A DNA stretch of 64,000 bases, taken from positions 24,118,001 through 24,182,000 of the forward strand of contig JBHGNT010000002.1 of the NCBI GenBank assembly GCA_043228905.1. The letters run 5' to 3'. The number at the start of each line of letters is the position of its first letter. Positions within the stretch are counted from its first letter, which is position 1. Below the pieces are notes generated by a model, which worked only from the letters and a program-made list of their open reading frames with translations, was not told the origin of the DNA and did no database searches. Of this stretch, positions 36,556-49,300 are shown piece after piece. Both the position numbers and the translations under genes were made by a program. Source of the stretch: Azolla caroliniana (lineage: Eukaryota > Plantae > Polypodiophyta).

Positions 36556-37159
36556 CGGGGGTCCTGTACCGAAGAGTAAGAGAGAAAGAGAAGAGACCCA
36601 CTACGTGCGAGCATAGATTCACAGGGACACGGCCCTGCGACGTAAAGACGCGAATGGGACATCGACACAGAAAGACACAAAAGTATGTATGTATTGACAA
36701 GACAAACAACAAGAACACGAAGACAACAAACACGAAGTCGGTTACAACCGAACAGGCCGGCGAACAGATGCCGATACTTGCTCGTAAACGCACAGAGGGG
36801 AAAGAGTAGGTTGGAGGTGCTGCCGGAAGCACTCGGGCATTCCTCAGAGCAGAGAGAGCCTCCCGAAACCTGCACTTAAGGAAGCTATGGTGTTTGCAAC
36901 CAGAAAGAGAGAGAGATAGAGAGAGAAGCCTTCGCACGTAACCCGACAGCACTTCGTCCTCGACTCTCCGCGATCCCCTCCTCTTTCGCGTCTCCCTCCT
37001 TTTATAGGCAGGGAAGGAGCCATTTTCCCCTTTACTTCCTACCTACCGAATCTGCCCGCCTAGGATCTCCTATGTACAACATAAGGCGCACGTGCATGAA
37101 GAGCCGGTTCCTACGCTCTGGTGCACCGATTCCGCTTGTGGACGGTTTTTTTCACGACA
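36513..37159 (-). repeat. 5' LTR of copy B
   Basis: Followed on the minus strand by TATT-TGGTGAACCCAACGTGAA. Confidence 0.95.
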
Positions 37160-37370
37160 CCGTGACACGACCAATTTCATCAAGTTTGGGTCCGGTGATG
37201 ACTAAATCATCTACATAAAGTAAGATGCAAACCATACCATCCGGACCTTGCCGGATGAACAACGATGAGTCGGATTTAGAGGTCACAAACCCCATCTTAC
37301 GCAACCGGTGCATGATCTTCGCATTCCAAGCTTCGGGGGCTTGTTTCAAACCGTAAAACAACTTCTTAAG
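37160..37370 (-). mobile_element. Ty1/copia RT fragment, upstream part
   Basis: LKKLFYGLKQAP...DSSLFI...LLYVDDLVITG; joins 30159 across the TSD. Confidence 0.9.
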
Positions 37371-37380
37371 ATTCTTAAGA

Positions 37381-40300
37381 TCCCTCTCTTTCTCCCTCTC
37401 TTTCTCTCTCTCGTTCGGTTGCTTCCGGAACGCGCCCGAAATCGTCTTCTCGGCTTCCCTTCTTCCCTAGTTCGAGACCCCCGTGGTCCCGCCCTTCTAC
37501 ACGCACGCGCGAGGGAACCCGACGTGAAGGGCGGCAAGGGAGAATGGAGTCGGAAGACGAAGACCTCGCAGCGATGGTGGCCGAAGTGGTGTTGGAGTCG
37601 GCATGAGTGGTGATGAGGCGAGAAGCAGCGGAACAAGCGGTTGAGCGAGTGGTCGAAAGAGTCGGCCATTTGAACGGGGACAAAGTCCCATCTTACTTGG
37701 AAGCCTACAACGCGGAGATGGAGGAGCGAGATGTGGACGAAGCGTTGAGGCTCCGACAAGCTCATAGTTCGTGGGAGGCCTTTGAAGAGGCGCTCCTGCA
37801 GGCATATGGAGGACGGCGGAAGAGCCGAGGACGACACGACTTCGACCAGTGGGTCGCATCGGCAAAGACCCACCGGGGCGCAACGAAGGCGTTCCGAGAG
37901 TTCGAGTGACGACTTGCTCGGCTCCCGGAGCGGGAACAAGGTTTGGTGGGGGCGGACAAAGTCCTATTGTTCGTCAGGTCGATCGACCGAGCTCGAAGAC
38001 GATGACGGAGCGAATGGGCTTATGGAGGACTGGTCGAAGGTCAGAAAAGTGTGCCAACGGCTAGACAACGAGCGAGCCGAGAAGGCTAAGAGGAAGGGGC
38101 GCAACGGCGTGCCATCACAGCGGGAAGAGGCCGAACGGCAAAGAGAGTTGGCAAGGGTCGGCGTTGGGGCCAGGATTGCAGAGGCGTACGCAGCTCTCGA
38201 GGTGATGCTCGAGGAAGAGGAAAGATCGAGGCCGCAAGCCGAGACTGAGGAGACGGACCTGCCCCACACGATGACGGAAGATCGGTACCACGGTACCACG
38301 GGAGAGGGTGCGGAACAAAACGCCCTCTCGACTTGCGGAGATACAATCGCCAAGGACGAGGCCGAGATACCGATCGCGGGATCAGAACGTTGGAACCAGA
38401 GGTGTCGGGCGTGTCAGCCCGAAACCCCGGTCATTGGAGAAGCAAGCCCAGACAGGGCTTTCGCGATCGGTAAGGAGAGGACCGCCGACCACGAAGAGCC
38501 GGTGGCTACGGACAAGGGTGTAAAACGGATGGGCGATTCTTCGTGTCTTCCCACACTTGCTCCCGAGACAATGGCTGTCGGGCCTGAGTGCCCACGTGAG
38601 TCCCAAGAGGAGGAAGGCGGCGGTGAGAGACCGAGAATCACAGGCGAGACGATACGGGGAAGGAGCGGACGAAAGCCCTCGAACCCAATTCCGGAGAACT
38701 CGACGTTTGGGCCCTTACGCCCAAGTGAGACCGAGGAGATGGATTATGGTATCGAGGAGTCCTGGCACGATGCCAGCGAAGATGGATGGGAGATGGCCCG
38801 CGAAAAGGTCAACGAAGAGACCAAGGAACAACCGGACCGGGGACCGAACCACGCAACGCTCCGATACGGGTGGAGCATAATCCGGTCATGGATTGTTCGA
38901 TCGGGGTCGGATTCGGCATAAAGGCGCCGATACGAAAGAGGGTGTGGGACGAGCCGCCCTCTTTTACATGGGGAGAAAGACCGACTGGGCGAAGGTCGGG
39001 AATTGGAAGGAGGGTGATCAAAGGTTCGGAACGAGTCTGGCAAGGTCGACATCGGAGCCGAAACTCCAGACATTGGAGAATCAAGCTCAGGCGGGGCTTG
39101 ATTGATCACAGAGAGGATGTTATCCACCAACACCACTAAAAGGGGCGGTGGCCCTGAAGAGTTGTCGAAAGACGTTGCGAAATCGATTACGCCACATCCT
39201 ATCCGGAGGCTACGGTTGTTCGGCCGTCGGGGCAATGTAAGACCGAAAGAGATGGAAGATAGAGGCGGGAACGCAGCAAGGAGACCAACGACGAGTTCGG
39301 GAGAAGTATAGGAGAATGAAAGATGGTCCTATGGAGTTCCTTACACCGACCCGGCGGTCGGCCCGAGAGCCGGCGTGAGTCCTATAGGAGAGATCGGTGT
39401 CAACAGGAGAACGGGACCCGGCAATCCAGAGAATGACGGACGGACCCGGACGAGAACCGGGCGGAGCGGACTTCCGGAAAACCATTCCGGGAGGGAGGAA
39501 GAGAGTAGGCCTACGAAGAGGCCGGGAACATGGTACGTTGGTACCACAGGAGAGGGTGTGGAGCGAGCCACCCTCTCGACTTGCGAAAGAAGGAGCCCAA
39601 GGAGGATCCTTCACACTGGATCTAGAGACTTCGGCAGTTGGCAACACGGTCAACGTAAGACCAAGATACTAACGGTGGCGGCAAGGGGACAACGTCAGAA
39701 ACGGCGAAAGAGGGAGTCCCACGAAGACACTCACACCGATCCGGAGACTCCGGCGGCAGGCTAGCAAGAGCCGGCGTGAGACCTAGGGAGATGGACGGTG
39801 GCGGCAGGAGAACGTGATCAGACGACAGAGGCGACGAATGGCAAGGAGGTATGAGGCCGGCAAGGCGGCTACGGACCATGTCAAACCTTCCGGCAAGGTC
39901 AGTGGGCATAAGGAAGTCCGGTCCTACGGGATCCCCACACCTAACCAGAGACTCTGGCATTTCGGCCAACGTGGCAACATGAGACCGAGAGAGAAGGTTG
40001 GTGGCAGCGGGAAATGGGACCCAACTATGCGGAAGACACGAGGAGAGTCCAAGAGGGACTCGAACAAAAGACCCGAATTTCGGCAAGCAACGAAACGAAG
40101 ACTGGTCCTATGGGATCTTCACACCCGTTCCGGAGACTTCAGCTGTTCGGCCAACGTGGCAACGTAAAACCGAGGGAGAAGGAAGTTGGCGGTAAGGAAC
40201 GGGACCTGGCATCGACAAAGGTCGGTAAGACGGGGTGGACGAAGTGCGAAGTGCAAAACCCTCACTGGCCGGTTACGGTTTCGGAAGGAGCCGGTAGGGG

Positions 40301-42100
40301 CAAACACGTGGAGGTGTCTCAGGCTGGAAAGGCACACCTGGGACGGAACAAGAGTCTCGCAAGTGGCCATCGCGGGCCGGATCGAAGCGTGACTACGGGA
40401 CGGTGTTCAGCACGGGCGGTGTCGAACAAAGGAAGCGGAAGACGGCACAAGGGAGGTGCCGGGTGCATAGTGGACTACACAGGGTCGGAGTCATGGGATG
40501 GCAAGAGAGGCCGGAGGAGGACCCTCCACACTCGCTTCGTAGATCTCGGTAGCTTCGTCGAAGTAGCGAAGACTAACACGGCAAGCCCGGGGTGACAAGC
40601 TGGTGGGGGCGAGGGGATGACGGCAAGCGGAAGACTCAGGACCTGTTGCAGCAGCACGAAAACGGGTAGGGCCAAGCAGGCTAGTACGGGGTGTTCCTTG
40701 GATGCGGAGGACATCGGTATGCGAGTGAGTGGCGATGCACGATCTGGCCGGGAAAGGGGCCAACAAGGCGTGCAATGAACCGGAGTACGACACAGGCAGT
40801 GCCAAACAAAGGACGAGTGTATGCGGCACACGGAGGTGCCAGAGCGAAAAGGCGAGCGCGAAGATGGATTGCGCGGTTCGGAGGTAGCGCGTAGAAGGCC
40901 AGAAAAGGATCTTCCACACCGCTCCGGAGACCATGGCGGTTCGAGCCGACATGGCGACGTTAGACCATGGAGAAGGAAGGTGGCGACGACAAGACGAAGG
41001 CAACGTGAAACAACATGGGACGGCAATCGGGACAACACGAAGGGTCGACGGAGGCCAAGCGGGCCACTACGGGCGTTCCTCAAGCGGAGGACATTGGGCA
41101 TACGGCAGGGAGCGGGGCGTGCATATGGTCGAACAAGGGCCAGCGGAAGTATGCGTACTACAGAGATCGCGGCAAAGGACCCATCGACGGGTCGAACGAG
41201 CCTACGGGGAGGTAAGCGCGAAGGAAGAACCGAAGCCGACGGTTCAAACCGGCAGCGAGCCGGGATGCGGATTACGGAAGACCGGTTTCTCACCGGCCGA
41301 AATCTCTCACCCTTCACCGGACTTGGCACGTACCGGTGGACATGCGGTTAGGTGGGGGCAGATGTCGTGAAGAATTTCGGCCAAAGGCGGAAACCGGGAA
41401 ATATTGGCTACATCGGCGGGGTGCACCATGTGCACCCACCCTCGTGTAATTGTGTGAATAATAAGAGTTAAGTCGGGACGAAGAATCCCATGTAAATTGG
41501 GATTTATCCCACATTGTAACGCATCCCTCTCCTTCTTCTATAAAAGGATGGGATGGTCCCTTGTAGAAGGGTTGCCCATTTTGTATTAGTAGGGTATACC
41601 GTTAGATGGAGAGACGTTCTCTCTTCCTCTTTCTCTCTTGTTTTAGGGTTTCTTTTTCTTCCTCTTCTTCTTTGCGGTGTCGGTCGACGGTTGAGGGCTG
41701 TTTCACCTCGGTGTCCTGTGCAAGACCCCGCTCTGCGTGACGAGCCCGAGAGCTCCCCGGACGACGGCTTGGCTGCAGACTGCTGTTGTAACCTACCCTA
41801 GCTTGGTTCGGCTCGAAGCCGAGGTTGTATTCTTTACCTTGTAATACATACATTTGCGTCTGTATATGTATATTCGTGTCTCTGTTGGTGTCGGGTGCTT
41901 CCCCTTTTCCAGCGTTTCCTGTACATAAGGGTGTGAGTCGGTGTCAAGCGCGCGCTCCCTCTCTTTCTCCCTCTCTTTCTCTCTCTCGTTCGGTTGCTTC
42001 CGGAACGCGCCCGAAATCGTCTTCTCGGCTTCCCTTCTTCCCTAGTCTGAGACCCTCGTGGTCCCGCCCTTCTACACGCACGCGCGTAACAAACGCGACA
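37381..42100 (+). mobile_element. Non-autonomous Trp-group element: partial 5' LTR, gag-like start, no pol, 3' LTR 41363-42100
   Basis: 37381-37511 matches 41956-42086; PBS remnant GAACCCGACGTGAA 37515-37528; PPT GGTTAGGTGGGGGCAGA; right flank CCGT. Confidence 0.85.
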
Positions 42101-42744
42101 CCGTGGTATGGCTTTAGTCGAAATCCGTTCACCCATGCCTGTACGACTTCCCCTGTTAAGGTGCCGAGCTGGAACGTTCTGTTGAATTCATCAATAATCC
42201 GGAAGGGTGCCGTCCACCAAAAACGAAGTTTCAAGGGCTTCGAACCAAGCCGAGCTTGTATCGGTGCATGGAGGGTCTCGGCGGTGGTTGTCAAAGGGGC
42301 GTCGATTATTGCCCGAGGGTCGGTGACCACAATTATTATAAGGAGGTTGTCAGTCATGCCGTGGATACCTCGGTTCGTAGAAATCCTCTTGGTCATTATC
42401 ATTGCGGTAATAGTCGTTGTCCGGACGATAGCGCTCGTCTCGGTATCGGTAGCAATCGTCCTTGGGTCACCGTAGATTATCTTGGCGATAGTGTGACTCC
42501 TCTGATCGGTATTGGTTGTCATGGTGATAACGATTCGGCTTTGGTAGGTAGCCGTCGTCCTGGGATGCTGATCGTCGTACCAAGGCCTCATCGCGTCTCT
42601 ATTTTGTGGTGAGGGGCGATCGTCCTGAGGAGGGCGATTGTGGCGGGGCTCGATCTATCGTATACGGGCAGAGGTTGTGCGATTAAGCATATTGTACTCA
42701 CATTGGTCGGTCATATGCACCCGAGAATGGCAGATTGGGCAGTG
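42101..42744 (-). mobile_element. Older gypsy remnant: gag 3' part fused to integrase tail
   Basis: 42260-42744 matches the reverse of ~9510-10000; 42101-42260 encodes ..AWVNGFRLKPYHG and is duplicated at 53381-53540. Confidence 0.82.
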
Positions 42745-43163
42745 TGTTATTCTCTAGCCGGACAAGGCCTAACACAAGGTGTCACGGAGACACTTCACCA
42801 AAGGGTGATTACGGCATAGGATTAAGATTCAACGATTACACCGACTTACATAGGTTACACGATTAGAATGCTTCGGTTAATTACACGCGTAAGATATAAC
42901 AGTAATTACAGAACGGAAATCAAGACAGAAGTATAAACAACATAAGCTCTATTAATTATCCGCTGCGATTACAATGGGGTCCGGGCCTTTAAATAGGTTT
43001 CCGGCCCGTAGTACAAAACGGTGCCTCTCGCACCTATTCGGGATCCGTCCGGATCTGGAACGGCATACCGTTTCCAGTCCGTCCGTCCACACTATGCTCA
43101 TTTACAACCATATCTAATTAATTCCTTCACTCCGTATTTTGGACTCCTTGCCGGCCGGTAACA
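42745..43163 (-). repeat. 3' LTR
   Basis: TGTTA...TAACA; TATA-like CCTATTTAAAGG on the minus strand. Confidence 0.95.
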
Positions 43164-43165
43164 CA

Positions 43166-43203
43166 TGGCACGCCCGTGGGACAGTACCTTGTACGTCGAA
43201 CCC
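43166..43203 (-). other. tRNA-Arg 3'-end-like sequence at the PPT position
   Basis: GGGTTCGA-cgtacaaggtact-GTCCCACGGGCGTGCCA-tg-LTR; homolog at 53136-53175. Confidence 0.75.
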
Positions 43204-43215
43204 TTCTCGGCCCCT

Positions 43216-46215
43216 TCATTGTTCACCCAAATTGTCCAAATTACTTTGTTCAAGAATTTCCACTTGTTCTTCCGGTTGTGGTTGTTGCGGCTGTGCTTGC
43301 TGCTGCTGCTGTGGTTGCGGTTGGGACTGAGGCTGCTCCGGCTGCTCTGCTTGCTGCTGCTGCTCTGTTTGTTTCGCTGACTCCGGCTGCTCCGTTTGTC
43401 TCTCTGGCTCCGGCATCTCCGTTTGACTGCTTCCGGTCCGGTCTCCTTCCACTAAGGGTTCCTCATCACTGAGGTTGACCGTAACTGGTTATCGTTCTTT
43501 CTCTCCCCGGATCCGGGACCTCTCGTAGCTTTCAAACTGGATCTGCGCCTCCAGCCTGTCGTCGTCCAGCTGAGCTACAAGTTGCCGGACTTGCTCTAGT
43601 TGGTCCTTTGCCAAGGCTTGAAAGTCTTCGGCCAGCTCATCTCTTATGCCGGTGAAATCTTCAGAATTCAGCATATAGCAATCATCTCCCTCCTTCCGCC
43701 GGTTCTCTACGTCGGCCCGGAGCAATTGGAGTTCCGCCGCGTTCGTGGCCCACTTGGTCCACCATTTGACGGAACCGTTGTCAATCAAGCTCTTGGTCTG
43801 GTTCAACCAGGCCCGCATTATATCCTGGATGCGACTTGCTCCCATTTGCGCTCTGCTTTCCACCACTTGTCGCTCCTCCTTCAACTGCTTGATGAGGTTT
43901 GCCGTATCCTCCGCCTGCTCTCTGTAGCGCGTCAGCTGCCCTTGATATGTCGTTTGCAGCCTCTGCAGTACCTCCGCCGCTCTTTCTTTTTCCGCCTGCT
44001 GTTGCCTGAGGAGCTCTGTCCGAACCTTCTCCGCCTCTTCCAACCGTCTTCTGTTTTCCGCTTGTTCCTTGGCGAATGCGGTTGCGGTCCGATCAACTGC
44101 TTGCCGGAGCTCATCCGTCCGTTCCTTGTGCTCCGTTTGCAACCGTTTATACTCCCGGTGCAATTGCTCAAATTCCTCCGTTTTTTGTTTGAGCTTGCCG
44201 TTGATCTGGCGATGGTTCCGGTCCTCCCGGTCCTTTACCTGCCGGAGTTCCTCTTTCAGGCGCTCTACTTCTGTTTCGGCGTTCCTCCGGAGCCTCTCCT
44301 TCTCTTGCAGCATTTTCTCCTTCTCCTCCTTGAGCCGGTCGTACGCTTGGTGGCCTTTCCGTAAGCTCTCCTCGGCCCGGCGTAGATTCTCAGCAGTCTT
44401 TTTGAGTTCTGCCTCCGCTGCCGTCTTCAATTCTCTTTCGCGGCTCCTCAGCGCTTCTTGGGCAGCTAGCTCATCCTTTAAATCCGCAAGCTCTTGGGCT
44501 TGTGCCGCATTTCTCTCCGGAACGGTTTCCGTTGCCGGGGTCTGATTGCTATGTGCAGGTTGATTTGACACTTTATTCTGTACATTGCCCGGAGTCACCG
44601 GTGCTTGGACTTGTGTTGTCAAAGCGAATTGAGCCATTTCCCTTGTGACCCTGTCCAAGTCTTGTTCAAGGCTCCGGATTCTGGACCGGGCCGTCTCTAG
44701 ATCTACGGTTGTGACGAGCAACCGTTCCTGGTGCGCTCTCTCTTCCGCCTCTATATACTCGACCGCTCCGGCGATTTGCTCGCCTACCCACCGTAGCCAC
44801 ATGCTACTGGTGCCTTGTTGCTGTACTGGTCGGGTCGGCTCATTCCCTGTGGAATTGTCTGGCCTGAGTGCCTGCATATGCCGTTCTGGTTCTACTCCTT
44901 GGCCGCCGTGTGCTCTGGCTGGGCTCGCCGGCTGTTGAGTTCCGGTTCTCGCCGTCTCCGGAGCCGTTGGACTGACTTCTTCTATAGAAGTCAACAAGAC
45001 CGGTTCCCTACGCACCGGTTCCGGTTCTTCCCTTGTGGTTTGCTCAGGTTGAGTTGGGGGCGTTTCTGCCTCTCGCGGCTACGACCGTTCCCCTCCTGTC
45101 TCGGCGGCCCTACTTCTTGACCGTCGTTGGAGGTGCTCTTCTGGCTCCTCCGTTTCCTCTTCCTGTGTCACGGCATGTTTCTGTGCCGTCAAGGGTTCTG
45201 GTTCCTTCTGTCCCGGTCTCCGTAAGGTTATCTTGACGGGTCGGACCGGTGACACCTCCTCCGGTTCTGGGACCCGTTTCTTCCCTTTCGTCGCCTTCGA
45301 CGCCAGCAGCTGCTGTCGTTTGGACGCCGGCTTCGAGGTGCTTCCTTCCGATACTCTTGGCCGCTTCTTTGGCTGAACGGTCTCGACCGGCGGCACGAGC
45401 AATGTTATCCACTGAGCGACGGCATGCCACAGCTTCCGGCCCTCCTTGCCGTCCTTTCCTCGTACCATGTCGATTGCCACGCACAAACCGTCTGCAATCA
45501 ACACCGGCCAATCCACCTTGGTCCCTTCATAGGTGGCTATGATCATCCCTGCCCGATTTTTTGGCATGACAGGGGGTCGGGGGTACACGTGGCCGTACTC
45601 ATGGAGCACTCGAGCTATCTCCCTGAACAGCGGATCTTCGCCGCCCTGCGTTCGATAGCCTTTGCCGGCAACAGAGTACTCACCGAAATATCGGGTGAGT
45701 TGCTCCGAGGTTGGATTATCAATCTGAAAAATTCCTCCCTCCGGAAGGCCTGTTAGCGCACGGATCGCTTCCTCGGTGATGACTTCCTTGTCGAGCTCCT
45801 TGATGACCTGGTCGGCTTCTCTGTGCGGTGGTGCTTCCATGATGGCCAAGAAGCCCTCCAGTCCGTGTTGCCTGAACCATTTCCTGGCCGCTTCCGACAG
45901 CGTTTGTGGTTCCATGTCTGCTTCGAGGTCGAGGAAAGATGGCGAGGTAGAGTGGTGATGAGAGTGAGGACGAGAGAGAGAGCGTTCTGAACGTGGGGGT
46001 TCTCTGCGTGCAGGTTCACGTTTGCTCAGCTTCCACTGTCTTGGTGCTTCTGTGCTTCTTGGCTCGCGAAATGAAAAGGTCTCCATGCGTTCTGCTTCTT
46101 CTTTGTGCGTTTTGGCGCCTTTTTCGAGCATGCACACGTCGTGTACCAATTTAGTATTAAGTAGCGTGGCGGCTCTTAAATGCCCACTACGTACCTTTTC
46201 GCGCCTTGCTTTCAC
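43216..46215 (-). pseudogene. Extra sense ORF downstream of pol (~999 codons, two internal stops), coiled-coil protein of unknown function
   Basis: ORFs 46215-45079, 45015-43489 and 43452-43216 share one frame, split only by TAG (45079) and TAA (43489). True start codon uncertain. Confidence 0.82.
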
Positions 46216-46238
46216 ACCCGTTCATACCTCGATTTTTA

Positions 46239-46242
<4 letters not shown>

Positions 46243-46279
<37 letters not shown>
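46243..46279 (-). repeat. A37 tract between pol and the extra ORF
   Basis: 37 T on the plus strand. Confidence 0.95.
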
Positions 46280-46280
<1 letters not shown>

Positions 46281-46300
46281 TTTAATGACGGTGTGTGACC

Positions 46301-49300
46301 TTACACATCCGTAGGTCCCCTCGGACCCTTACCGTTTTCCTTACGGGTTGCCGTGTCTTCCTTCGCCTCTGCTACTGGTTCCCCGTCGTCTTTTTCTTCC
46401 GGACCGATACGTACCGATCCCGGTGTAGTGCCGGTGAGCTGCATAAACGGGTTCTTTGGCATCGGTCCTTTATAGGGTTTTAGTCGAAATCCGTTTACCC
46501 ACTTGCCTAGTACTTCACCGGCAAGTGTCCCTATCTGATAGGACCCGTTGTATTCCCGTGTCAGCCAATACGGGCCTGTCCATCTGAACCGGAGTTTACC
46601 CGGCATCTTGCCCATCCTCGTTTGGAATACTAGCACCGGCTTTCCGATTTCGAACATCTTCTCATTACCTTTTCGGTGACGGTCAACGAACGCTTTCCAT
46701 CGTCGTTGCTCCAGTTCCATGTGTAGGATGCTGGCCAACCGTTGCTCCTCCAGTTCGCATAGTGCTGCTAGCCGCATTTCCTCCGACTTCTTTTCATTCA
46801 GCCGTTCCCGTAGTTGGATCCGTAAGCTTGGTACCTGAAATTCCACCGGCATGACCGCTTCTAAGTCGAATGCTAACCGGAACGGCGTTGTCCGGATACT
46901 TGTTTTGTATGCCGTTTTGTACGCCCATAGCGCACTATGGAGCTTTGTGTCCCAGTCCGTCTGGTTTTCATTGACAATTTTGCGGAGAATGTTCTGCAGC
47001 GTTTTGTTGGTGGACTCTGCTAACCCGTTCGCCTATGGGTAGTACGGTGTGCTTCGTTTATGGACCACGGCATAGAACGTTGTTAAGCTTTCCACTACCT
47101 GGCCAAGGAAGTGGCCTCCTTGGTCGCTGATTAATTCAATCGGACATCCATACCGGCACCAAATGTTTTCGTACAGGAATTTTGCTGTGGATGACGCGGT
47201 GTTGTCTCTCAGGGCCTTAGCTTCCACCCATTTCGTGCAATAATCCGTTGCCACGATGACATAACGATTACCTGTTCTCATTGCCGGTGGCTTGAACGGT
47301 CCGACAAAATCCAACCCCCACTTCTGGAATGGCTCTAGTGGAAGTACCGGTTGGTGTGGCATTCGTGCTTGCTCCGTAGGCTGGCCCATTCGTTGGCATA
47401 GGTCACATTCCTTAGCATACTTGACGGCGTCTTTTAACGTCGTGGGCCACCATAAGCCGCTCTGCCATACTTTCCTCGCCGTCGCTTCCCCGACATAGTG
47501 TCCTCCGGCAACCCCACAGTGTGCTTCCCGTAAGATTACTTCTTTCTCGTTACTACGGACTGCCCGTCTCCATATTCCATCTGCTCCTTTGTGGTAGAGA
47601 GTGTCCCGTAACAGACAGAAATTGCGGCTCTGCACCGCCAGTCGTTTCCTCTCGTCCCGGTTCATTTCCTCCGGTGGCAGGCCCGTGCTTAGGAACTGGT
47701 GCATGTTTGTCAGCCATTTATCTTCTGATGCCACCGTGTCGTCCGCTGCCGTTTCCGGGGTGATACGGAATAACTCCGCGTCCGGGAATTCATCCGCTAC
47801 TCCGTCGCCTGGTTCTCCGGACTCTAACCGGCTCAGGTAGTCTGCTACGGCATGCTGGATACCGGGCCGGTGGAAAATCTCGAATTCGAACTCCTGCAAC
47901 AGCAAGGTCCAACGGGCCAACTTACCGGTCAAGGACGCCTTGGAAACTAAGTAGAGGAGCGCCGAGTGATCCACATGGAAGGAGAACTTCCTTCCCAATA
48001 GGTAGTGACGAAACTTTGTTACACTGTAGATCATGCCCAGGGCCTCCCGTTCCGTCGTTGAATAGTTCTTCTCCGCTTGGGACAGCTTCCGGCTGGCGTA
48101 ATATACCGGCCGGTACCATTTAGGCTCCGTAAGTTGCATTAAGGCGCTGCCAATAGCAATGTTGGAAGCGTCCACGAACACATGAAATTCCTTGCTCCAA
48201 TCCGGAGGCTGCACAACGGGTGCTTGCGATAAAAGTACCTTCAGGGCATTGTATGCCTTATCCTCCGTATCCGTCCATTGGAACGGTGTCCGATGTACCG
48301 CGGTGTGTAATGGTGTAGCCAAATCAGCCAAGTGACGGAGCATCCGGCTGTGCCACCGGATCTGTCCTAAGAATCGGCTTAGTGCTTTGGCCGTTTTCGG
48401 CGCCGGTGCCCCTAGTATGGCGTTTACTTTGTCCGGGTCGACCGCAATGCCCTCCTTACTTACAATGTGTCCCAGCAATATTCCACTTGAAACCCCAAAG
48501 ATGCATTTTGCTGGGTTTAAGCTTAGCCGGTATAACCTACACTTTTCAAGGCATAACCGTAGGTGCTGCAAATGGTCTTTTCCCCGGCTATAGACTGCAA
48601 AATCATCCAGGAAAACTTGCATGAAGGCAGGAATGTATTCGCCGAAGATCACCATGATGATTCGCTGGAAAGTTGCTGGTGCTGTTTTTAGGCCGAACAT
48701 CATGACTTCGGCCACAAACACCCCCCATTCGGTGACGAACGCTGTCTTCTCCTGGTCGTCGGGGTGCATCCGGATTTGATTGTATCCGCTGAAGCCGTCT
48801 AAAAAGCTATAAACGTCATGGCCGGCGACGGCATCCAGTACTCCATCCGTGAACGGAAGAGGGAATGCATCCGTAATTGTGGCGGCATTTAGTTTCCTGT
48901 AATCTACACACACACGGATTTTACCGTTCTTCTTTGGGACGACGACGATGGGGCTCAGCCACGTCGCTTTCTTTACCGGCCGGATGAAGCCCACTCTTAG
49001 GAGTTTGTCGATTTCCTCCTTCACATTGGCGGCGTAGTTGGGGTTCATTCGGTATCGTCTTTGCGCCACTGGTTTCGCGTCCTTGCCTAAGTGGATCTGA
49101 TGCTCATATAATTGAGGGTCCAGCCCTCGCATGTCTTCGTATGACCAGGCGAATACGTCGCGAAACTCCGTGAGAAGTTTGATCATCGCCGCTTTATCTT
49201 CCGGCTTCATTTCTTTGGCGATGTGTACCGGCTTTGATTCGTCCTTGCTTCCTAGGTTCACTTCGTCGAGCTGGGATGCTTTTACCCATTGGGAAACGGC

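Larger units (their letters stand above)
30160..37159 (-). mobile_element. Full-length Ty3/gypsy (Trp group) copy B, 7000 bp, 4-bp TSD CCGT
   Basis: LTRs 30160-30804 and 36513-37159; CCGT at 30156-30159 and 37160-37163; PBS 36491-36508; G-rich PPT just above 30804. Confidence 0.96.

Noticed and set aside
37782-41370. Numerous 100-379 aa ORFs on both strands
   Set aside because: No recognisable motifs beyond the gag-like start; expected by chance in GC-rich DNA.
43166-43203. Genuine tRNA gene or SINE
   Set aside because: Only the T-loop and 3' acceptor strand are present; no D arm, anticodon arm or A box.
43489-45015. Envelope gene or captured SMC/myosin
   Set aside because: No signal or transmembrane segment and no ATPase motifs; generic coiled coil within a longer frame.
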